The position numbers and the translations under genes are program-made. Shown piece after piece: positions 54,832 to 64,000 of a stretch of 64,000 bases of DNA. Position 1 is the stretch's first letter; each line of letters begins with the position of its first letter. The notes below the pieces were generated by a model, which was given only the letters and a program-made list of their open reading frames with translations, was not told the DNA's origin and made no database searches. Source of the DNA: the human T2T-CHM13v2.0 reference genome, Homo sapiens; assembly GCF_009914755.1 (NCBI RefSeq), contig NC_060936.1. The stretch is one strand, 5' to 3'.

Positions 54832-56351
54832 TCTTTCAATGTTTCTTGACCATAACCGGTAGCAATGCACTTACATGACAACATACACACACAGTTTACC
54901 TAACCATATTGCAGCTGGTGGACTTTGATTGTTTCTATCCTATTTGCTTTTATTTTCTGGTTATGATCCACTAAATAAACTTCAAATTCCATTAATTAAA
55001 AACACATCTTGATATTTTTAAAAAATCACAAAAATTGTTCCATGTGGATATCAGGTGGCAGGAGTCACAGAGCAAGGTTGAAGATTGAGCAGAAAAGGAT
55101 TAAAAAGTGAGTAGAAAATTTGGCCCACATGGGATCAAGATACCCCAGCCTCAGCAAGGGCGAGAGGATCTGGAAGGTCTAAGCAACAAACAATGGTTAT
55201 TAGCATCAAGCATAATTCTGGTGCAGGCAGTTATCTTCGACCCAGTATATTTTCCTCCATGAAACCACAAGAGTCCTAACTAGATGCACATGATAAGGTA
55301 AAATTTATTCCTGCTTACAGTTGGAAAATGAGGAAGCAAACAGTTCCCACAAGAGCAGAGTATAATTTAAACATCTAAAGAAAAAGTAAAATATCATTAG
55401 CTAAAGTGAATATCATATATAACAGGTTATCCCGGTGTTAATAAAGTACATGGACAAATAAGTTCAATTAAAATAAAAGGAAATAATACTGAATGACATA
55501 TTATTTGCTCCCGAATGTCTGAACTGAATTATTTCTCTCTCCATTTTTTTCAATCAGTTTCTCTCCAGGTCAGTATAGTCATTGACAATCTCTATTTCTC
55601 TTGAAGATGCAATTCCTCTTTGTTTCTGTATTCCCTGGTTTTCTACCATTAAGAAGGCTTTGTTTCTTTCGAATTTGAGTACATATTCTCCATTTTGCTA
55701 ACTTGGGGTGGTAAGTGCAGCCTTGAGCTTACATTGTTCAGGCCATTATTTTTTTTATTTCTCTCTCCCCCAGTAGCCCTTTCTTTCTTCAGCTGTTAGC
55801 TATTGGCAGAAAGCTTGAGCATATCCTCCTGTGGGTTTGCTCCTTAGGGGACTTTCCTTTTGCAGTTAATCCACAGTGCTAAAGCACAAGCCTCTCTCTG
55901 TTCTTTTGATGTTACTTCTTTGCAAAATCTTTTCCCTCTGTACCTAAGACACCTAAGCTACAGCACATTGTTTGGAATTTACAGGGAAACTGTTATCACT
56001 GCTAGAGTATGCACCTTGATTTCTGCTGCTTTAATTTTGGGAAAGTGGTTTTAGCTGTGAACGTCAATCAACCGGAGAGGCCTGTTCAATTTGAATAAAA
56101 CCTATGTGTAGCTTGTGAAGTAGAGGATAAACAGCAAAAAGCATGCGAGCTCTCAGCACACTCTTGAAACAGTGCAGAAGGCCAGGGGCTTAAGGCTGAA
56201 ATGGCTACTATCACTTTTAACTTTCTGTTGTTAAAGAACTCACAGTCACCAGTCACTACAACCTCTCCAGTGGTTCCTCTTTAAAAATGAACTCACATGT
56301 TATTTAACTGGGATATAAAATAATGTTAAACTGCTCTCTGTATGTTGGTAT

Positions 56352-56393
56352 ATGTATGTGTGTGTCTGTGTGTGTGTGTGCATGTGTGTGTGT
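56352..56393. repeat. Imperfect (TG)n
   Basis: Directly visible. Confidence 0.85.
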
Positions 56394-56878
56394 ATAAGTA
56401 TACAGCTATAACTATAAATGTGAGATACTTTACATATCCAGTCCTCTACACATACTTATGCATTCAAATATATTTGTTTTAGTCTTACTGAAGCAATTAA
56501 AATATTTTTAATTTTTTGTTTATGCTGGGACATGGCTGATATTAGCAAAACTACACTAATGAAGTCAAATATGAAAAAATATGGTATATATATGATTAGG
56601 AATTCAAACGGTATTTAATGGGGCTCAGAAGACAAGAGGTGGTCTACCCAACTATTAACTATGCACTATAAAAGAACAGTGAAAGATAAAGCTGAAAACA
56701 AAATCTAAACTTTAATTGTAAATATTCTTGTTTTTAATCTTTGATCAGAGTCATTGACTTTATACAAAAAGCAGATTAAGATTGTTTGGGGGTTCTTTGG
56801 TATTTGATGGCTATGCACTAGATAAAAATGTGTCCAGAAAAATATACTGTGTATATAATACTGAAAAATATAGAACAA

Positions 56879-57080
56879 CAGCCTGGGCAACATAGCCAGA
56901 CCCCAACTCTACAAATAATAAAAAATAAATAGAATAGCCCAGTTTGGTGTCACATGCCTGTAATCCCAACTACATGAGAGGCTTAGGAAGCAAGACCACA
57001 AGTTCATGGTTACAGTGAGCTATGATAATGCCACTACACTCAAGCCTGGGCAGCAGAGTGATGCTCTGTATCTAAAACAA
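56879..57080 (+). mobile_element. 5'-truncated AluJo-like
   Basis: CAGCCTGGGCAACATAG..A-rich linker..GGTTACAGTGAGCTATGATAATGCCACTACACTC. Confidence 0.88.
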
Positions 57081-58864
57081 ATAGAATATATATACAATTG
57101 CAGATTTGGCAGGTTTGTTTATAAAACAGCTCAACTTTTTTTAAAAAACATTGGTTGTTAAAAATCTGTTTATATCTGTCTGGATCTTCCCAAGAAAGAG
57201 GTGTCTAAGTTCTTTCTAAGAGCCCATCAGCATGGAGGATGGTGCTGCTTTCACTGATAGACTTAATATTTCCATACAGCAGTCTTCTTTCCAGAAAAGG
57301 ATAACATGTATCTGTGACTCAAAACAAACAAGTCTTACCAGACTCAGGAAGACAGGAGACAGACATTTAAGCATAGTTGAGTGGACTTTATTTTGTGACT
57401 GGGAGTGAGGCTTTTCTGATTTGTTACTTTGTTTATTGGCCAGGAGGAGAAGATTTAGAGTACAGTATTATCAACAGTACTCCAGGAAGCAGCTTTCACA
57501 GAGTTCACTAATGCCTTTTGTAACTTAAACAAATTTGGGCACTATAAAACAGAATGGAAGCAAACTTGGGCTTGAGGTGATTGTCTTCTCTTTAGGGTTT
57601 GGACTTGTTCCTCACCTCTATTTCAACTTTAAATTTCTTCCTCTGCAAGTGAATCTAGGGATAAGGTTAGAATCGTATTGCATCTTCTTGACAGCATCCG
57701 CTGCTAGTTATTGGGTATTATAGCTTGATGTTCATTTGTTTGGGAAGCCTCAGAGATGAAAACCTCCTTTGAAGCATTCCCAGTTGCTTGTATTGCACAC
57801 ACCCATTCTCCTAAAGTAGGTGAGACTGTATTTAATACAGGAACGTGTATTCAATATGTTCTTCCATGGCTAAAACTAACTTTAATACCTACACATTCTA
57901 AGCTGATACTTTCCATATGTTGATGCACTATGTTTTCTCCATGTTATGCTTTTGAAAAGGAAAGTTCATCAAAGAGTAAATATTTGTCAAAGCATGTGTT
58001 TATAAATCCCATGGTAGCTTGTGAAATTTTTTTCTGCTTAGTTAATTCAGCCATCTTAGTCACTTTTAATCAGTCCCCTAATTATGTTTTCAAGTCAGTT
58101 CAGCATATTGTTTATGACAATAAATTTATCTGTTGTCATTTTTGGTGTGAGTGTATGTGTAGTAATGTAATGTTAATGTGCATTTTTTCTTTAATATAAT
58201 TGTAGAATAATGCTAAAATAATGACTACTAAGAACAGGCAAAATGAGATTCTTAATTGCTGATTAAATTCCTTTTCTAGGCTTTTTAATGAGTGTTGTTT
58301 CATCTGACATTGTTTATACAAATTCAACTCCACTAAATTTATGAGAAAATATACAAAATCATCATGCAAAGAAAGTATTTCTGTAGAGTAAACCATCATT
58401 CAAGCCAAGTACTGTTTTTACTCAAGTTGATCAGACCTGACACCTAAGGATGAATCCTCAATCCTCCCCTATAATCTTTTATACCTGATTCTCTCATGAT
58501 AGCCACTGGACATTCCTCGCCTGAAGGCTGGATTTTGATTAGTCTGAGAATTATAGCATACAGAGATAATGTGCTTTTTCATGTTTCCTCAAGAGAAAAG
58601 CTAAATCATTTAAAAATCCTTTGTTATTTGATTTTCCATAACAATGAATAATTTAGGATTATCATGTATTGTTTAAAAAATTTTATGTTACTTTTATGCT
58701 TCCAAAATTAGCATAGTGAGTGCTACTCTGGAGGACAAAGTACAAAGTATTTCTGATAAAATCTGAATGAGTTAAACCATTGATAACCCATGTTGCAGAG
58801 CTCACGAGTTGTCCTTGATCAAACTTCTCCAATAGAAGAAAGAGTTATCTTGACATTCCAAGTG

Positions 58865-59180
58865 TTGCTAAGACACCGTTCTGGGTTTTAAGTCTTCCAG
58901 CTCTTGAACCACCTGACCTGACTATGACACAAGTCTTGAGCAATCAACTTCACCTCTCTGTATCTCAGTATCCTGATCTGTAAAATGGGGATATTAAAAT
59001 CAGTTTAAATCATATAACTTGCAGTTCTGTAGGTCTAATATGGTAAAAAAAAAAAAAAAAAGACAATTTCCTATGATCTTTCCTAATAGTACCTATTCCA
59101 TAAAGCTCATGAGAAAATTAAAACATCTAATGTGTCTAAGCTCTTAGCACAATATAAATATGCTGGAATAAGCTTCTATA
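58865..59180 (+). mobile_element. MIR SINE, interrupted by an A-rich insert
   Basis: CTTGAGCAATCAACTTCACCTCTCTGTATCTCAGTATCCTGATCTGTAAAATGGGGATA...CTCTTAGCACAAT. Confidence 0.7.
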
Positions 59181-60175
59181 AATTTTAGTTACTATTCCTA
59201 CTGTTATTAAAATAAGAAAAGCCAAAAAGTATTAGGTCAATATGCAAGTGAAGAAATACATTCAAAATAATACTATCCAGTAGCCAAAGTAATTCAGAAT
59301 AAGTTACTTTTTTAAGTTTCTCAAAGTAAGAATAATTAGCCTTTATTTGCCTTTCTGGAAAATAAATGTTGTTGAAACAATATGCATGACTTTGTATGCA
59401 TTCAATGCAATAATCTTTCAAGAAATCACCCCAGAAATATTTTGATACTGCCTTTAGCTCATATCATTAAAAGGTTTTCAGTATCCAGCTTTAAATTATA
59501 ACATTGTACAGTTTTAATATAGTTATTTTGTTCCATAACAATTGAGACCAAAAAGCTGAGAGAATTACTGAAGTGGATTCAAACTCAAAATATCTAAAAT
59601 CTGAATAGACTTTGGGGAAGACTAACATCGCAAATTGCAAATTCGTCCAATTGATTTTAGAAGTATAATCTATTCAATGAAGCAATCATAATAAATTCAG
59701 AGGATATTTAATCTCTGAGAACTTGAATTTTATGACTATGAAAAGCTGAGAAGTAGCAGGTATATTTGGATAATATTTCACTTATTCTACTGCATTAAGA
59801 CCTGTCTTATGGTTTTAAAGATGTTAAGTATATTCTTAATAATTTTCTATATTTCGGTAGGTTTATCTGACCATTTACAGATGAGCGTGCTTATATACAA
59901 ATATGTCAATGACCACATAAACCTAGAAACAATTACATCTCTCAAAATGTTAGTGGATATGAAGGGCTACAACTAGAAATGGGAAAAAAAGAGCTTGAAA
60001 GAGAAGCTGAAAAGGACTCTAAGCACCTGTCAAGAGATTGGCATTTACATTTCTTAAATGTGAAAGGAGGGAAAAAAAGAAGCTCTGTGGGTATATAAGT
60101 AAGTTTTAGATCTGGTTATTAAGGAAGTTGGCATTCAGCGATTTCTATTTTCACAGTAAAACATAAGAATAGAAC

Positions 60176-60480
60176 TGTATTAGTCCATTTTCACACTGCT
60201 GTGATGAAATATCTGAGACTAGGTAATTTATAAAGAAAAGAGATTTAATTGACTCACAGTTCCATATAGCTGGGGAGGCCTCAGGAAACTTACAATCATG
60301 GTGAAAGACACCTCTTTATAGGGCGGCAGGAGAGAGAATGAGAACCGAGCAAAGCAAGAAAAGCCCCTTATAAAACCTATGATTCAGTTACCTCCCATCC
60401 AGTCCCTCCCATGACACATGGGGATTATGGGAACTACAATTCAATGTGAGATTTGGGTGAGGACACAGCCGAATCTATCT
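60176..60480 (-). mobile_element. THE1C-like solo LTR with an internal deletion
   Basis: TGTATTAGTCCATTTTCACACTGCT..GAGATTTGGGTGAGGACACAGCC; lacks the ATCAGATCTCGTGAGA..CAGCATGGG block present in the THE1B copy (about 41227-41285). Confidence 0.9.
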
Positions 60481-61499
60481 GGAGCATTAGCTAAGAATGA
60501 GTCAAAGAGCTAGGGTAGGAAATGAACAAAAATAATGTTTGAAATAGTCATCTGTGGTAGGAAACGAGAGAGGATAATACTTGAAGTAGTCATCTCAGAT
60601 ATCAGGAAGTGAGCTTAATTGAGAAAGAGAATTTCTGGTTAGTATTGAGACCCCATTTGACATATAAGGTCATGAAGTGAAAACAGTATGCCAGGTTGTA
60701 CAATTTTCTCCAGTTACACTCAAGTACCTGGGAGGGAGCATTAAGACGGCAGATGGTTACGTTCACCTGGAATGTGTGTTTTTCAAGGAGAGTACAAAGG
60801 AGCAAGAAAGAAACTGTGTATCTGATATGATTCTAATAATGAACGTTTGCCTGTAAGTTGGAGAAGTAAAGTTAGGAGGAAGGTGAAAGAGGGTAAAAAC
60901 TCAATGGTTTAAATGTCTTTAGGACCATAATATTGTAAGGAGGGAATTTAATGGAATCAAGAAGAGAGGAGAGGAAATGTGGTCCCAAGGCAGAATGTTT
61001 TCTTTCCAGGTTTCGTGATGGTGCCTATTCTAATGATGATGAAGAGTGATCAGGTCATCAGGAGAAAGGATATGGGAGATATTGTGATGGGAAAGATCCT
61101 CTGATACAAGAAGGTTAAGAACCTAGGGGTCTTGTGATTGCATGGATCAGCCTACTGGCTGAAGTTTGTGTGGTAAGGAAGAGTGGGTCCAAAGCAGAAC
61201 TCATTTGTGAATCAAGAGGAATGACCAAGAACTGAGTACAAACTACTCCAAAGGGGTAGTTTGGAGGTCAGAATAGCAAGTTTTACAAGAGGAGGATTAA
61301 AAAAAAAAAAAAAAAAAAAAGATCTGGAAGTGACAATAAGTAGAAGGAGGGGGCATAACAAAAACAGTTTCTCCCTCTCCTTGATCTGAAGTATGTGGAA
61401 CTGCAATGACAATAACAACAAAATAGCTATTGCAAGTTCAGTGGGAGCCAAGTTACTATTTCAAATGCCTTGCATGGATCCACCCATTCCATCATTACA

Positions 61500-61665
61500 G
61501 TAACCTACTGAAAAGTAAGAACTACTGACACTATCGACAGTTTAGTAAACTAAGGCAACAAAATTTAAGAATCTTTGCCAAAGTCACACATGCTAGTGAG
61601 TGATGGAGCTAGGATTCAAACCTGGCAGCCTGACCTCAAAGCCTGCACCTGTACACCACTGTGCA
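61500..61665 (-). mobile_element. MIRb-like SINE
   Basis: TTGCCAAAGTCACACATGCTAGTGAGTGATGGAGCTAGGATTCAAACCTGGCAGCCTGACCTCAAAGCCTG. Confidence 0.8.
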
Positions 61666-63794
61666 GCACCTTAAACCTTAATTGGAAATTGAGAAAATCA
61701 ATAACTCTGTAGGTGAATATGTTCACTGAGTTTCAGATTGCTCTGGGACTATTTTGGTAGCAATGAGCTAAGGTTCTGAGACAGGTCATCGTGGGTCTCT
61801 GGCATTTATGCTGCAGACATGGAGAGGCAGTTCAGCTCTCCCTGTAAACCTTCTTTCTCAGCAGCTGTGTGCTCCAGCACAGCAGCTTCTCACTACCCTC
61901 ACGACCGCCACCCCCAACTTGAACCTGGGTAAAGTCCTATCTGTTTTGCTTGGTGAAATTCAAAATGATGGAACAGACTGCTTGCTCCATGAATGGGGAG
62001 AGCTTGGCTCCTCAGTGGTCTGACAGCAGGTTCTGCCATGTGCTTCAGACCAGGGTCATTGCTTATTGCCTTTGTGTTAGATTCTGAGTTCCAGTCTCAA
62101 GTTCTACCTCCTGTCCAATCTTCAGCTAATCCAGGTCTTGGACCCTCCTTCATTCTGCCTTCACTCCATTCTCCATAGCAAATCCCCAGAATGACATGCA
62201 ATTTGACAAAACAAAAACACATTCTGGAATATCTTGTTATGCCTAAAGCATTCCACCAGAAAATTTCCTCAGTTCTCATAGACTATTGAGCATTAACTGT
62301 TTCCAAATACTATCAAAGAGTGCATTTTTGTGAAGAGCTATGCAAAGGTAACACATCATGATTTGTGGGGTTTATCATATTTAACTTTGCTTTTATCTGA
62401 GTTTCAGAGTTCCTGAAGAATCTCTGTTGGATCAACCAAGTAACTTTTCATACGCAGTTATTTTTGTGTGCGCAAACATACTGAGAATTTGAACAATTAA
62501 ACATTCTACAATCCTGGGCCAAAGCAAAATTTTCCTCTCTTTCTAATTCCACTTGGCTTTCAAGTTGCTGACAGGGATCCTTATTACCAGCTGACTACCA
62601 CTCTATTGGCAGTATTTTTGTTATTGTTTTTATTTATGCACGCCTCTTGGGCAAAGGCCACCCTTCTCTCTGCAAGACTCCAGTAAACCTTTGCCTCTTC
62701 ATTAGCATTTGAATCTCTGAGCTCCTATAACAAGGTCTTTGCTGGCCTCACACCAGTCTGAGTCCCTCAGAACAGAATTTTTCACAGACCTTCTTGCTTC
62801 TGCCTTTCATTATTCTCAGATCTTTTTGGTGTTTTTGTTTAGTTTGGTTTTGTTTGCTCTTGAATACCAAGAGTCCATCTTTGGTAGTATACTAAATATA
62901 ATGAAGCTTTAGAAGTATTCAGTGGGGAACATTAATGAAAAGTTAAAAAAAAAAAAAAAGAAAGAAAGAAGCCAAATTGATGACTGTTGTTCTAAATGCA
63001 GATGGCACTGATTAGTTTGCTGAGATCCTTCTCTGAAATAAGCTCAGCACCATCACCTCCTTATCTCCAAATCAGCTTTCCTGCCAGACATGATGGCTGG
63101 GACAATGCAGATGGCTCTGGAGCAGGAGCTTCTCTCAGAACCCAGTCCTTATCACGGCTTTGACTGGCAAAGGCTGTCATTCATTCTGTCACTCACAGTG
63201 GGGACACAATGGATCATGTCTGCCTTGCACATCATAGGTAACTAGACTAACTGGGGCTGGATTTAATTCCTTGGTTAAAATAGAGGAGAAGAGATAAATC
63301 ATTGATTATAGAATATCTGATTTCCCTTTAATTCACTTGTCACTGAAACTGTAACCTTGTGTTCTAGATTGGTTAAATTTGTCAGCATCCCTAATAGAAA
63401 CCACCATTGTAATAAGATTTTTTTTTCAAACCGCTATATATTTAAAAGTCAGACTGAAATATATGTGAGTCTTTCAACTCTGTCTGTGACAGTCTTTTCT
63501 TTGAAAAGCAGCAGTATGGTTTTGATGTGCTTTGGAATTCTTATCCTAACATTTTAAAGTAAAATGGGCATTAATTATCTTGATAGAGCTTCCTTGAAAA
63601 AATAGGTTAGGTAAAAATGAAAATATAAACATATTAAATATAAAGGTATTTTAGGTGAAAGTCTACTGTTCATGCAATATTCTGGATGGTGACAAGGGGA
63701 GATTCATTTACACATCTAAAGCAGCTTAGAATATTGACAAAGTGTTTGAAACAGAACTATAATAATAATCACTATTTGCCTATTTGCTATCATT

Positions 63795-63943
63795 TTCTTT
63801 TTTTCTTTTTATTTATTTATTTATTTTTATTATTATACTTTAAGTTCTAGGGTACATGTGCACAATGTTCAAGTTTGTTACATATGTATACATGTGCCAT
63901 GTTGGTGTGCTGCACCCATTAACTTGTCATTTACATTAGGTAT
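63795..63943 (-). mobile_element. Severely 5'-truncated L1PA4-like insertion (3' UTR tip plus tail)
   Basis: TTATTATACTTTAAGTTCTAGGGTACATGTGCAC..GCTGCACCCATTAACT..TTTACATTAGGTAT; perfect 14-bp TSD TATTTGCTATCATT at 63781-94 and 63941-54. Confidence 0.93.
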
Positions 63944-64000
63944 TTGCTATCATTCTATGTTATTGCACATCACAAATGTTGTACTTTTTCTTATATATTA

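Noticed and set aside
55121-55220. Antisense tRNA-Ile-like or tRNA-derived SINE remnant (TGGCCCACATGGGATCAA ... GTTATTAGCATCAAGC)
   Set aside because: Two short matches separated by about 55 unrelated bases; no cloverleaf

Overview
AT-rich primate (almost certainly human) intronic or intergenic DNA with no supportable host protein-coding exon, RNA gene or CpG island. The ORF track is explained by repeats and chance. Main elements: a near-full-length but dead L1PA7-like LINE (+, 8812-14588); a full-length HSMAR2 mariner that carries an AluJ and sits inside a HAL1-like fossil; a two-LTR MLT1A-type MaLR provirus; solo THE1/MST/MLT1/MLT2 LTRs; six Alus; hAT MITEs; and many MIR/L2 relics. Repeat subfamily names come from recalled consensus sequences, not a search. 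Best observations: (1) a 112-nt pre-miRNA-like hairpin with a perfect 32-bp arm pair inside an ancient MLT1 LTR (21701-21812); (2) a 3' transduction of about 190 bp on the L1, shown by the displaced TSD, an ATTAAA signal and a second A-tail; (3) an ORF1 deletion in that L1 filled by an inverted copy of ORF2 sequence; (4) an old 59-bp dispersed duplication. Several repeat-free blocks look like enhancers. I could not identify the locus or host gene, and I see no evidence of a new multi-gene system.
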